A DNA stretch of 64,000 nt, from IMG/VR virus record IMGVR_UViG_3300032116_000004, positions 62,001 to 126,000 of that record, one strand, 5' to 3'. Both the position numbers and the translations under genes were made by a program. The notes beneath the pieces were generated by a model. It saw only the letters and a list, made by a program, of their open reading frames with translations, searched no databases and was not told the origin of the DNA. This document shows positions 19,926-30,048 of the stretch, in pieces. The stretch's first letter is position 1; the number at the start of each line of letters is the position of its first letter.

Positions 19926-20245
19926 GCAAGTTTTTCCAATTCATAGGAAATGTCCGAGCAGGATTCAGCCAATATCTCGCCAATCAGTTACACACGGTCT
20001 CAGCCGAAACACTGGGATGGCTGGCAGTGATCCTGATCCACTCGGCCACCATACCCACATTGCTGGCCATACTCACGGGACTCAGTGATCGCACTCCTTC
20101 TGTAGACGTGGTGCTGTTTATGTGGGCTGGTCTGGTGCTGTTGTTTGGACGAGCAGTGGTGCTCAAGGATACGTTAAACATTGTCACAATTGGTGCCGGA
20201 TTCATCATCCAGGCTGTGATCATGGCGCTGATATTGTTCAAGTGA
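19922..20245 (+). CDS. Three-TM membrane protein
   Basis: Hydrophobic; coupled to the hydrolase. Confidence 0.65.
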   Translation: MSKFFQFIGNVRAGFSQYLANQLHTVSAETLGWLAVILIHSATIPTLLAILTGLSDRTPSVDVVLFMWAGLVLLFGRAVVLKDTLNIVTIGAGFIIQAVIMALILFK

Positions 20246-21475
20246 CCCTTGGTTGAGTCGTAGATGTCTGACCAGGTGCAAGGTGTATTTGTTAGATCGC
20301 GGACTCTGAGGCAAGTGTTGCTTTCGCCATTGACGCACATACCACCAGTATGAAGGATCCAATTTGTTCTGGGTCCTTCCATATGCTTGCATGACGTTAT
20401 GGTAAAGTTCATCTTTTATGAATTTCAGGAAATTATCCGAAAAGAACCGTTGTTTATTTCTCTGGGCCACGGCCCAGCAATGAGCAAGTATTTCATTGAG
20501 TTGTTCGGGAGCCATTGAAGACAACCTGTCAACCTCTTTGAGTATGAGATCAAGGCGGGTGGAATGATCGGACTCATGATCGTATGACTCATCAATCCAA
20601 GGGCTAAAAGTCTCAAATCCATAGTATTTTAACACTGCCAGGGCGCCGGGTCCGGCAGCCAAGATAAATGGATGTCCGCAGGCTATGGGCCTGAGTGTTT
20701 TCTCAGTCAAGTGTATCCTTGGATCTTCAAACAGAGTTTCCAAGATCAGGCTTATACCAGTCTTGCAAAAATCTTCACTGTTATAATAGGCGCTGGCCAT
20801 GGCATCTGCTGTTGTAGGATTTGCAAAATCACATTGTCCATTGTGTTTTAGATGATCCATGACCTGTTGGCGATATTGTCTGGTACCAGTCTGATCTCTG
20901 CAATATATCAAAAATATTTTTTTGATCTTTTTTCTCTCGAGACTTTGATCATGTTGGGCAAATCTATACCAATCACGGGCAATCAACGCATGGCTCCACC
21001 AGTAAGCGCCGCAATAACGACCAGTGGATTCATATTTTTGCAGTTGAGGGGAATTGATTTCAGAATGCAATAGGATCCATTGTTTTTGCCAAGACCATAC
21101 TATGGTGTTTCTGAGATTTTGATCCTGCACAGGAAAGTTATAATCCTGTCGATTGAACTCTTCGGTTTTGTGTAACAACGGCTGTCCATCTTGATACAGT
21201 TCATAATTCAGTGGTTCTTGATCATGACAAAACAATACCGGTTGGAAATTCCTAGCCAATGAAAATCTGCTTAGTCCTATCTGATCTGGATCTAAGAAGG
21301 TTTCTCCCAGCAGATTATCTATGCCATTGGGTCCTTTTGTGTGTTCATAGTCCTTTTGGTAGTCCAAAACGTTCTTGAGATCTTTATTACCCCATTGGTA
21401 AAAATACAACAACCAGAAACGTTTTTCTGTGACCTGATGTATAAAATCGTATAAATTATGAGCAGGCACTGTCAT
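20174..21475 (-). CDS. Glycosyltransferase-like (GT-B-type C-terminal region) phage protein
   Basis: LILET..HLTEKTLRPI..GHPFI..GFETF..IDESYD. Confidence 0.55.
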   Translation of the reverse strand: MTVPAHNLYDFIHQVTEKRFWLLYFYQWGNKDLKNVLDYQKDYEHTKGPNGIDNLLGETFLDPDQIGLSRFSLARNFQPVLFCHDQEPLNYELYQDGQPLLHKTEEFNRQDYNFPVQDQNLRNTIVWSWQKQWILLHSEINSPQLQKYESTGRYCGAYWWSHALIARDWYRFAQHDQSLERKKIKKIFLIYCRDQTGTRQYRQQVMDHLKHNGQCDFANPTTADAMASAYYNSEDFCKTGISLILETLFEDPRIHLTEKTLRPIACGHPFILAAGPGALAVLKYYGFETFSPWIDESYDHESDHSTRLDLILKEVDRLSSMAPEQLNEILAHCWAVAQRNKQRFFSDNFLKFIKDELYHNVMQAYGRTQNKLDPSYWWYVRQWRKQHLPQSPRSNKYTLHLVRHLRLNQGSLEQYQRHDHSLDDESGTNCDNV

Positions 21476-21490
21476 TTAATGGAGGAAACA

Positions 21491-22735
21491 ATGAATATAG
21501 GTTTTATTGGTCTAGGAAAACTGGGTCTAGACTGTGCAGAGGTATTTGCTGAACGTTACACAGTCCGAGGGTATGATATATATCCGAGGTATAGTGATAC
21601 CGTTGAAGTTTGTGGCATTGACGAAGTGGTCAAAAAAAGCGACTGGATCTTTATCGCTGTGCCAACTCCACACGCCGAGGGCTATGATGGATCAGTGCCC
21701 AGCTCGCACATGGAGCCTCGAGACTTTGGGCATGATGCGGTGAAAGACGCTATTAGTCAGATCAATGAACATGCTGACACACCCAAGCGTGTGGTATTGA
21801 TCTCTACAGTGTTGCCGGGAACCACACGCAGACATTTTGCCAACTTGTTGGGTCCACAGCATCAGTTCCTTTATAATCCTTACCTCATAGCCATGGGCTC
21901 GGTCAAATGGGATATGGCCAATCCCGAAATGGTCATGATCGGGACAGAAACTGGTGATGCATCTGAGATGCGTGATCTAATCGATCTATATCGCCCGTTG
22001 ATGAAAAACAATCCCCGTTATGTCACAGGTACCTGGGACGAGTGCGAAGCCATCAAGATTTTCTACAACACATTCATTTCTGCCAAGGTTGGACTGGTGA
22101 ACATGATACAGGATTTTGCGCTGAAGATTGGCAACATCAATGTGGATGTTGTGACCGATGCCCTTGCCCAATCAACCATGCGTATCATGGGACCCAAATA
22201 CATGACCGCGGGCATGGGCGATGCAGGTGCTTGCCATCCTCGAGACAACATCGCCTTGCGTTGGTTGGCCGAAGAGTATGACATTGGCTATGACTTGTTT
22301 GACACCATCATGCATGCTCGAGAAATACAAGCAAAAAATCTAGCACACTTTTTAGTAGACCAAGCCAAAGAAAAGAATTTGCCTATAGTCATACATGGCA
22401 AGGCATACAAGCCTGATGTTGCCTACTGTATCGGTAGCTACTCCACGTTGATAGGATTCTATATCAAGGAGGCCGGTTATTCTGTGAAATACTTAGATCC
22501 CTTGGCAGATGACAGCGACGATGTAGTCCAATCGATCACTGGTCCTTGTGTATTGTTGCTGGCACACAATCGACAAATCACCTATGGATACACTGGTGAT
22601 GTGAGAGATGACACGTTCTATTCTCCCATAGCCTATGGTTCTGTCATTGTTGATCCTTGGCGGAAAATGCCTTCTACACCACAATATAATGTGATCCATT
22701 ATGGCAACACACGAGATGGCCGGACTGGATTATAA
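21491..22735 (+). CDS. ugd: UDP-glucose/GDP-mannose dehydrogenase family protein
   Basis: GFIGLGKLG, IAVPTP, STVLPG, NPY, KIFYN, GACHPRD, AYKP. Confidence 0.88.
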   Translation: MNIGFIGLGKLGLDCAEVFAERYTVRGYDIYPRYSDTVEVCGIDEVVKKSDWIFIAVPTPHAEGYDGSVPSSHMEPRDFGHDAVKDAISQINEHADTPKRVVLISTVLPGTTRRHFANLLGPQHQFLYNPYLIAMGSVKWDMANPEMVMIGTETGDASEMRDLIDLYRPLMKNNPRYVTGTWDECEAIKIFYNTFISAKVGLVNMIQDFALKIGNINVDVVTDALAQSTMRIMGPKYMTAGMGDAGACHPRDNIALRWLAEEYDIGYDLFDTIMHAREIQAKNLAHFLVDQAKEKNLPIVIHGKAYKPDVAYCIGSYSTLIGFYIKEAGYSVKYLDPLADDSDDVVQSITGPCVLLLAHNRQITYGYTGDVRDDTFYSPIAYGSVIVDPWRKMPSTPQYNVIHYGNTRDGRTGL

Positions 22736-23234
22736 AATTTACAGTTTGGATGTTTTTTGGGATGATGAATTCAAGCATCTAGATTACATCCAAGAGCCGT
22801 TCAACGATTCAGAAGATGTGAGACGATGGATGGCCCAAGGATATCAACCCAAAATATGTGGATCCATGGCAGACATGAAAGGACGTCAACCCAGTTGGAA
22901 TCATCTTTTCGTAGACTATTTTTCTGCCATGGGGTGGAAAGATATTGGAACATCTTACTATAGAATGACTTCCGGAACAGTGATGCCAGTGCATCAAGAT
23001 CGTTATGTAAAGTATGTAAAATTGTTTGGACTGGAAGGTCAAGAATACAACATACGCCGGGCATTGGTGATGTTGGAAGATTGGCAGTCGGGACACTATC
23101 TAGAAGTGCAGGGCGATCCTGTGGTCAAATGGCATGCAGGCACAGTGGCAGAATGGATTTATGATGTGCCGCACATGGCAGCCAACATCGGTCTTGAAGA
23201 TCGTTACACTCTACAAATAACAGGACATCTGTGA
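22716..23234 (+). CDS. Cupin/2OG-Fe(II) oxygenase-like protein
   Basis: MPVHQD (HxD) and distal H (PHMAAN), R.TLQITG. Confidence 0.7.
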   Translation: MAGLDYKIYSLDVFWDDEFKHLDYIQEPFNDSEDVRRWMAQGYQPKICGSMADMKGRQPSWNHLFVDYFSAMGWKDIGTSYYRMTSGTVMPVHQDRYVKYVKLFGLEGQEYNIRRALVMLEDWQSGHYLEVQGDPVVKWHAGTVAEWIYDVPHMAANIGLEDRYTLQITGHL

Positions 23235-24151
23235 AAATATCTAGCTACAATGAATGGGATCCTTTGCGATCCATAGTGATAGGATCTGCCAAGCATGCCA
23301 ATTGGCCTAGCCAAGATCCTGTGTTTGCCCTGGAAAGTGAAAAGACCTTGTGGAAAGAAACACCAGTTCCATCAGGTCCTGTGCCACAATGGATAGTGGA
23401 TGAAGCAGAATCTGAACTGGATGATCTCGCACACAAACTCACTGGGCTAGGTGTAGAAGTATACCGTCCACAAGAAATAGATTTTGTTGCCTTGGGAGGG
23501 ATGTATAACTATTGCCCCAGAGATAGATTATTGGTAGCCGGCGAAACCATAGTGGATCCTGCCATGATGTATCCTTGCAGAGACATGGAATTGGCGGCCT
23601 ATCATGATGTAGTTGATTCTTGTGAAAGATATCTGCACATGCCGCGCAACGAAGGCATGATATTGGACGCAGCCAATGTGTGCAGACTTGGCGATACTTG
23701 GCTATATCTAGAAAGTGCATCGGGCAATCGTAAAGCCTATGAATGGCTGTGCGAACAATTTCCACATATCACGATAGAACTTTGCAATTTTTATTCTGGC
23801 GTGCATATAGATTCTACCATAGTCCCGATCAGAGAAGGATTGGTCATTGTCAATGCCGCACGAGTCACACCAGAAAATCTGCCTAGGGCCTTGAAAGATT
23901 GGGAAGTGCTCTACGTTGACTATGTCAAAGAACAGGGATTTTATCAATACCCCTATGCTTCTAAATGGATAGCCTTAAATATGCTCGTGGTAGATCCTAA
24001 CACAGTGATCATGGACAGTGATCAACGGGTGCTACAAAGAGAGTTAGAAAAACACGGTATCACAGTGATAGGACACCGATTGAGTCACAGTCGCACCTTG
24101 GGCGGTGGTTTCCATTGCGTGACGCTGGACCTATGGAGAGAGCATGCTTGA
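23231..24151 (+). CDS. Amidinotransferase (StrB1/glycine amidinotransferase-like)
   Basis: EWDPL, CPRD, DAA, HID, GGGFHC catalytic motifs. Confidence 0.9.
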   Translation: MKISSYNEWDPLRSIVIGSAKHANWPSQDPVFALESEKTLWKETPVPSGPVPQWIVDEAESELDDLAHKLTGLGVEVYRPQEIDFVALGGMYNYCPRDRLLVAGETIVDPAMMYPCRDMELAAYHDVVDSCERYLHMPRNEGMILDAANVCRLGDTWLYLESASGNRKAYEWLCEQFPHITIELCNFYSGVHIDSTIVPIREGLVIVNAARVTPENLPRALKDWEVLYVDYVKEQGFYQYPYASKWIALNMLVVDPNTVIMDSDQRVLQRELEKHGITVIGHRLSHSRTLGGGFHCVTLDLWREHA

Positions 24152-25436
24152 CGCACAACAACTGGCACACATAGTCGAACAAGAAATACGCAACGAAGCA
24201 CGACTGCAGGTGCAACAGGCAGTGAGTCAACCCGAATGGCTCCAGGATCTCGAACAGCAGATCATTGGGTTCGTGCAGGATCGTATCACGGCTAGATTCA
24301 GCAATATCGGAACCTTGCCTGATCTCGTGACCACTGTGGAACACAAAGTAGGCGAAATGTTTGCCAGCGGATTTGTTCCTGATTTGAATTCCTATGTTGA
24401 TCAGGACAAGATCCGCCAGACAGTGGATCTAGCCGTAGAACGTTTTGTTGAAAATACCATCAACAATCTGTCTGTGGATCCGCAATGGGTTACCAAAATT
24501 GAAACGCTGATAGCACAGCGCACAGAAGATCGCCTACGCAATCTCTTGAGAGATATAGATCTAAATGCCAAGATTTCTCAGGCCATAATGGAAAACAAAG
24601 ACCAGTTGATCACTGCTATCAAGAGAGATTTCCGCACTGCGGGCATAGTTGATCAATCCGGCTCCACCCAACTCACAGTCATGGACGGAGTGGTGGTCAT
24701 CGAGCACGAAACTGTCACACACGATCTCACAGTGGAACATAACGTGAAGATCAACGGAGATGTCTTGGTCCAAGGTGACCTGGGCATACAAGGTCGCATC
24801 AACACTGACAACCAAACCTGGCAGGATCTCAGCCGCCATGTGGGCAATGTTACCTATGACCGCATCAAACAGGATTTCGCCAGCGAATTGATCGCCACAG
24901 TGATTGATTCTACCAAATCCGGCATTGAAATCGAAAACATCACAGTGGATGGGCACCCATTGGTCACGGGCAACACTCTCAGTGCCGGAGTGGTCAATAG
25001 CAATATCAAGAAACTAGGCACAGTGGAAAATCTCGAAGTATCGGGGACCACAAATCTAGCCAAGACTTTAACTGTGCAAAAAAATCGCGTTGGCGTCAAC
25101 ACACAAGAACCTGACAGCGCACTCAGCGTATGGGACGAAGAAACCAATCTCGCTCTGGGCAAATACAGCAAGAACACCAGTTTCATTGGCAGCAATCGAA
25201 AACAAAATTTGGTGATCGGTGTCAATCGCCAGAATCACATAGAAGTAGACAGTGATGGCATGGTCACTGTGCAACAACTGCGGATAGCACGTAATCGCTT
25301 GTCATGGAGCACTGAAGTGCCCGGTTACAGTGGCACCAAGGGTGACATAGTGTTTAATACCAATGCCAGTGATGGTATCTTTGCATGGGTATGTCTTGGT
25401 GCATTCCGTTGGCAAACTGTGAGGATGTCACAGTGA
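24144..25436 (+). CDS. Hypothetical, probably structural protein
   Basis: Beta-rich C-terminus (RVGVNT.EP, GTKGDIVFN..WVC) resembling fibre-associated domains. Confidence 0.55.
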   Translation: MLDAQQLAHIVEQEIRNEARLQVQQAVSQPEWLQDLEQQIIGFVQDRITARFSNIGTLPDLVTTVEHKVGEMFASGFVPDLNSYVDQDKIRQTVDLAVERFVENTINNLSVDPQWVTKIETLIAQRTEDRLRNLLRDIDLNAKISQAIMENKDQLITAIKRDFRTAGIVDQSGSTQLTVMDGVVVIEHETVTHDLTVEHNVKINGDVLVQGDLGIQGRINTDNQTWQDLSRHVGNVTYDRIKQDFASELIATVIDSTKSGIEIENITVDGHPLVTGNTLSAGVVNSNIKKLGTVENLEVSGTTNLAKTLTVQKNRVGVNTQEPDSALSVWDEETNLALGKYSKNTSFIGSNRKQNLVIGVNRQNHIEVDSDGMVTVQQLRIARNRLSWSTEVPGYSGTKGDIVFNTNASDGIFAWVCLGAFRWQTVRMSQ

Positions 25437-25981
25437 GGATAGTGTGTGTGCTGGCCGACGAGTTCTCGGCAACTCATATCGAGCCTGGGCAACTCAAAGA
25501 CATAGGGGCTCTCTGGGGATCTTGGCGCACATGGCGTGCCTGGCAGACAGACAATGTTCTGTGCCACGATTTTTCCAAGGCCGACGAATTGATAAAAAGA
25601 GCGTTCCATGCTGTGTGCAATCTCTACATACCCAACAAGAACTATGGTGCGTTGAACAGACCTTCCAAGGTAAATCTATATGATGGAGATTTTCCAGGAG
25701 AGTTCGACCACCCTGAAGAGATCGTGTCCATGCATCTCGTGGCTGACTCCGCAGATTTGGTTTTGCTTTTTGGTTACGATGTCAGCAAGATTACCGAAAC
25801 AGACAAGTTCCAAAAGCATAAGAAAACCAATTACCTTAATGCTTTTCGGGCCACCCTAAATACCTATCCTCAAACCCAATTTGTCTTGATTGATCATGCC
25901 AATGATTTGGATGCAAGCCTGACCAAAATCCCCAATCTCACTTGCGATAAATTTGAAGCCGTGTTACAATTACTTAATTGA
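25433..25981 (+). CDS. Hypothetical protein
   Basis: GTG overlapping the upstream stop; LLFGYD motif. Confidence 0.6.
   Translation: MRIVCVLADEFSATHIEPGQLKDIGALWGSWRTWRAWQTDNVLCHDFSKADELIKRAFHAVCNLYIPNKNYGALNRPSKVNLYDGDFPGEFDHPEEIVSMHLVADSADLVLLFGYDVSKITETDKFQKHKKTNYLNAFRATLNTYPQTQFVLIDHANDLDASLTKIPNLTCDKFEAVLQLLN
25942..25970 (+). promoter_or_regulatory. Possible sigma70 promoter for uvsE
   Basis: TTGCGA-17-TACAAT. Confidence 0.45.
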
Positions 25982-25999
25982 TAACTCTTCTAGGCTTTC

Positions 26000-27019
26000 A
26001 TGACTGCTCGAATTGGTTTTTGTTGTAAATGGTTAGACGATCCCAGTGAAACTGCTGGCATGAAAGTCAATGCCAAGAATCGTGAACTCAATGGGCGGAG
26101 CACTACCATGCGTTGGTTGCGTGAGCATGCAGACCAAGCAGAACAGCGCCAGTGGGACATCATGAATCACAATGCACAGGCCGCTCTCAACATGGTAGAA
26201 CGTGTGGGCAGTCTACCTCATCATCTACGCATGGTTCGACTGGGGTCTGAAATGCTACAAGGCTACACAGAACCCAACTGGATTGACTGGTGGCAACAAG
26301 CAGACATCCAACGACACCTAGAAAAGATCTTTGCTCCTGTGGGTGCCCGTGCCCGAGAGTTGGGAGTAAGACTTTCATTCCATCCTGGACAGTTCTGTGT
26401 GTTAGCATCAGAGAACGACGGCATCGTGGAACGTAGCATCCAAGAGTTTGAATATCATGCAGACATGGCCCGCTGGATGGGCTATGGCGCCACCTGGCAT
26501 GATCATGGCTTCAAGATCAATGTTCACCTGTCGGGCAAGGGTGGGCCTGAAAAATTCTTGCGTAGCCTGGGCAAACTTAGCCCCGAGGCACGCAATCTCA
26601 TAACTATCGAAAACGACGAGATATCAAATGGTTTGGACCTTACTTTGCTTGTGGCTGATAACGTGGCTCTTGTGCTGGACATTCATCACCATTGGGTCAA
26701 AACAGGAGAATACATCGATCCCCAAGATGATCGTGTTCAGCGTGTGGTTGAGTCTTGGCGTGACGTTCGCCCTGCTATGCATTACAGTGTTAGTCGCGAA
26801 GATATTCTTGTTGATCATGATCCCCGAGTTCGCCCAGATCTTGCTGGACTTCTTGCACGAGGTCATAAAAAACAGCAACTCCGCGCCCACTCGGATTTCT
26901 ATTGGAATTCGGCTGTGAACGACTGGGCCGCTGGTTTCTCCGATCAGTTTGACATCCAGTGCGAGGCCAAAGGTAAAAATCTAGCAAGAGATGGTTTCGC
27001 CAAGCACGTCACTGTGTGA
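26000..27019 (+). CDS. uvsE: UV damage endonuclease
   Basis: RIGFCC, RLSFHPGQF.VL.S, IENDE, LDIHHH, HYS, RAHSD, EAK.K. Confidence 0.93.
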   Translation: MTARIGFCCKWLDDPSETAGMKVNAKNRELNGRSTTMRWLREHADQAEQRQWDIMNHNAQAALNMVERVGSLPHHLRMVRLGSEMLQGYTEPNWIDWWQQADIQRHLEKIFAPVGARARELGVRLSFHPGQFCVLASENDGIVERSIQEFEYHADMARWMGYGATWHDHGFKINVHLSGKGGPEKFLRSLGKLSPEARNLITIENDEISNGLDLTLLVADNVALVLDIHHHWVKTGEYIDPQDDRVQRVVESWRDVRPAMHYSVSREDILVDHDPRVRPDLAGLLARGHKKQQLRAHSDFYWNSAVNDWAAGFSDQFDIQCEAKGKNLARDGFAKHVTV

Positions 27020-27785
27020 TATCCCTTTTGATGTAGAAGTTCCCTATGCCATGCGGCCGCACATGCGACCTTGGCAACCCGGTGAGTCCATACTGACCAC
27101 GGACAGGGATTTTGATCGATATCAAGACGCCAAACTCAACAACTACAATCCGGTATATGGAGATTCAGCCAGTCGTGAACTGGTTTATCAAGCCGTAGAT
27201 GCACTGAGAAAATATGATCCCACTGCACCTGTGATCCAAGGAGATGCTCCTGTGTGGCAACTAACTCGGGCACTACAGGAAGACTTTGTGATATGGGCAC
27301 CCAATCGTGCCGGCGAACTCTCTGCACAGATACTGAGTGTGTGCTTGCCATCGGGGTGGGATCCTCAAACCAAAGTCAACAAGACTTTCCTTGAAATACA
27401 TGAACCCGTGCCAGACTTTGACATAGTCAACAAGGCATCTGGACACATCGCACGTATGATCACTACCCGGGGTCCTTTCATAAGATCAGTGTGGAGTATA
27501 GCCAACCGTCCTGCGTTGAGCAGACATCCCAGTGGTGTAGAAGCATGGTCCACGGAGACAATAGATGACATGTGGTTCAGATCGGAACGCCAGACCACTA
27601 TACCCATACACAGTCAAGCCGCGCTGTTTTTGATCAGAGTCTACATGATACCACTACGGGATGTGTTCCAAGACGCAGATAAAAAACAAAGGATCATCAG
27701 CAGTGTGATGAGCATGACTGATGCTGTGATCGAATACAAAGGCCTAGGATACTTGCGGAGTTATTTCGCTAATCGGCGTGTCTAG
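26991..27785 (+). CDS. Heme-dependent oxidative N-demethylase alpha-subunit-like protein (DUF3445-type)
   Basis: QEDF, VCLPSGW, K..K.F.EIH.PVP, R..W, RSERQT, LF.IRVY. Confidence 0.72.
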   Translation: MVSPSTSLCDIPFDVEVPYAMRPHMRPWQPGESILTTDRDFDRYQDAKLNNYNPVYGDSASRELVYQAVDALRKYDPTAPVIQGDAPVWQLTRALQEDFVIWAPNRAGELSAQILSVCLPSGWDPQTKVNKTFLEIHEPVPDFDIVNKASGHIARMITTRGPFIRSVWSIANRPALSRHPSGVEAWSTETIDDMWFRSERQTTIPIHSQAALFLIRVYMIPLRDVFQDADKKQRIISSVMSMTDAVIEYKGLGYLRSYFANRRV

Positions 27786-28131
27786 TCAGGAAATTGACAC
27801 GCATCTTTCTGGGATGGAAATATTCATCGACCACGGCCTTGGCAGTTTCAATATCAAAAGTTCTGCAACTGAACACATCAAAATAGGCCGTGCCATCTAG
27901 TTCCATGAAATGGCCACAGATATTTGATGTGGTGATCAACTGCATGAGGCTGTAGCCCTGTTTGGGGTCTCCGGGCAGGAGATGTTCGATCACGGGTTCT
28001 CCGTGTGCTGTCATATCGATACGATCCACTAGATCCTTGACGAATCTATAGATGTTGTCGCGGTTGGATATAGATTCAATATCACAACCACTACAATCCA
28101 ACATCAGATGATAACCCCAGTGGGAACTCAT
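27769..28131 (-). CDS. speD: S-adenosylmethionine decarboxylase proenzyme (phage type)
   Basis: WGYHL.LDC, QLITTSNICGH self-cleavage region, DVFSC. Confidence 0.85.
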   Translation of the reverse strand: MSSHWGYHLMLDCSGCDIESISNRDNIYRFVKDLVDRIDMTAHGEPVIEHLLPGDPKQGYSLMQLITTSNICGHFMELDGTAYFDVFSCRTFDIETAKAVVDEYFHPRKMRVNFLTRHAD

Positions 28132-28361
28132 TTGGCAGCAGGTTTCTTGGCTCTCACTGCTTTGGCACGGACAGCAGGTTTCTTTTCCCCAGCAGGTTTT
28201 TTGGCAGCCGGTTTTTTCTTAGGCGCCGCAGCCTCGGAGTATTGTGTGGACATAGGTATCACACCAGGTGTGGTCTGTGGTGCTTCAACTTTGTAAGGGG
28301 CCTCTGGGCAAGGACTTACGGTGGGCTTGGAACCAAAAAACTTTTTTAAAAATGCGAGCAT
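28128..28361 (-). CDS. Small Lys/Ala/Pro-rich protein
   Basis: APYKVE plus KKPAA repeats; GGAG RBS; late motif upstream. Confidence 0.7.
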   Translation of the reverse strand: MLAFLKKFFGSKPTVSPCPEAPYKVEAPQTTPGVIPMSTQYSEAAAPKKKPAAKKPAGEKKPAVRAKAVRAKKPAAK

Positions 28362-28419
28362 TGCAGTCTCCTTTGTTTTATATAGTGTATTTACACAGCA
28401 TATTATCGAAACCTAGCAT

Positions 28420-28443
28420 ATTGCACTGCAATGTAACTAAATA
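28420..28443 (+). promoter_or_regulatory. PhaR-box-like palindrome next to a late-type TAAATA upstream of aceA
   Basis: ATTGCA-C-TGCAAT at 28420-28432; TAAATA at 28438-28443. Confidence 0.55.
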
Positions 28444-28468
28444 TCCTGGCTCAACAGGAGGAAACACC

Positions 28469-29746
28469 ATGCAAGACCGTAGATGGAAGGTATACAAACT
28501 GCAACAAGAATGGACAGAAAACCCGCGCTGGACCGGAATCAAACGTGATTATTCAGCCGAGGACGTGGTGCGTTTGCAAGGTTCCAACCCCATAGAATAC
28601 AGTCTGGCACGGCGTGGCGCCGAAAAATTGTGGCGTTTGCTACATGAACAAGATTATGTCAACACCCTGGGAGCACTCACGGGCATGCAAGCCCTGCAAC
28701 AGGTCAAGGCCGGTTTGAAGGCTATATATTTGAGTGGGTGGCAAGTGGCCGCTGATGCCAACTTGGCTGGCGCCATGTATCCTGATCAGAGCCTGTATCC
28801 CGCAGACTCTGTGCCAGCAGTGGTGCGTAGGATCAACAATGCTTTTACCAGAGCAGATCAGATCGCCTGGATGGAAGACCAAGAAGATCGAGATTTTTTC
28901 GCACCCATCGTGGCTGACGCAGAGGCAGGATTTGGTGGTGTGCTCAATGCGTTCGAACTCATGAAGGCCATGATCGAAGCCGGGGCCGCAGGTGTGCATT
29001 TTGAAGATCAATTAGCGTCCGTAAAGAAATGCGGACACATGGGAGGAAAAGTCCTTGTTCCAACACGAGAAGCCATCAATAAACTTATTGCCGCTCGTCT
29101 CGCTTCTGATGTTATGGGAGTGCCTAGTCTTGTTATTGCTAGAACAGATGCCGAAGCCGGCGATCTTATCACTTCAGATATTGATCCTAACGACGTTCCT
29201 TTTCTTACTGGTGAAAGAACTGTGGAGGGTTTCTATCGGACCCGAGCAGGATTCGACCAAGCAGTCAGTAGAGCCCTGGCCTACTGTCCTTACGCAGATC
29301 TCGTATGGTGCGAAACAGGCAAACCCGACCTCGACTTCGCCAAGCGATTCGCCGAAGCCATACACCGACAGTTTCCGGGCAAGATGTTAGCCTACAACTG
29401 CTCACCATCATTCAACTGGAGGAAGAACCTAGATGCAGACACAATTGGCCGTTTCCAACGTGAACTTGGAGCAATGGGTTACCGTTTTCAATTCATCACA
29501 CTTGCTGGATTCCATGCTCTTAATCATGGCATGTTTGACCTTGCTCATGGCTATGCTAGGGACGGCATGTCTGCTTTCGTGGAGTTACAAGAGCGTGAGT
29601 TCGCGGATGCGAGCCGTGGTTTCGAAGCTGTCAAACATCAGAGAGAAGTAGGAACCAGTTACTTTGACCGCGTGACTACCACAGTGGAGGCTGATGCTTC
29701 CACCCAGGCTCTCAAAGGCTCAACAGAAGAAGAACAGTTCCACTGA
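28469..29746 (+). CDS. aceA: Isocitrate lyase
   Basis: [31 protein letters not shown] catalytic loop, [16 protein letters not shown]; AGGAGG RBS. Confidence 0.97.
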   Translation: MQDRRWKVYKLQQEWTENPRWTGIKRDYSAEDVVRLQGSNPIEYSLARRGAEKLWRLLHEQDYVNTLGALTGMQALQQVKAGLKAIYLSGWQVAADANLAGAMYPDQSLYPADSVPAVVRRINNAFTRADQIAWMEDQEDRDFFAPIVADAEAGFGGVLNAFELMKAMIEAGAAGVHFEDQLASVKKCGHMGGKVLVPTREAINKLIAARLASDVMGVPSLVIARTDAEAGDLITSDIDPNDVPFLTGERTVEGFYRTRAGFDQAVSRALAYCPYADLVWCETGKPDLDFAKRFAEAIHRQFPGKMLAYNCSPSFNWRKNLDADTIGRFQRELGAMGYRFQFITLAGFHALNHGMFDLAHGYARDGMSAFVELQEREFADASRGFEAVKHQREVGTSYFDRVTTTVEADASTQALKGSTEEEQFH

Positions 29747-29852
29747 TGGCAAGCACTTGGTCTAGAGTATCTCGACGCAAAAAGATCAAATACGCTGTGA
29801 TCTCGGTATTATGGTGTGCAGGTCTGGCCATTGCGATATGGATCAATCTGCA

Positions 29853-30047
29853 ATGATGCGTAGCATTGAACGCATCTGGGCTCGAGCCACAGGTCATGTC
29901 ATGGGCAACACTGACGAAGACCGCCCTAGAGTGCCCATCTTGACCATGAGAGAAGCAAGGGTAGCACTCTGCCTCAAAACGTTCTGGATAGTGATCCATG
30001 TGATCACTTGCGGATTCATAATAGCAAATGTCATAAGGCACTGGTAA
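29853..30047 (+). CDS. Small membrane protein
   Basis: IWARATGH.MG..D..P motif with C-terminal TM helix. Confidence 0.6.
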   Translation: MMRSIERIWARATGHVMGNTDEDRPRVPILTMREARVALCLKTFWIVIHVITCGFIIANVIRHW

Positions 30048-30048
30048 A

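Noticed and set aside
28268-28468. Long N-terminal extension of aceA (similar upstream extensions at 31153, 32959, 38755 and 59721)
   Set aside because: These overlap other genes or promoters, and downstream starts with an RBS or translational coupling fit better.
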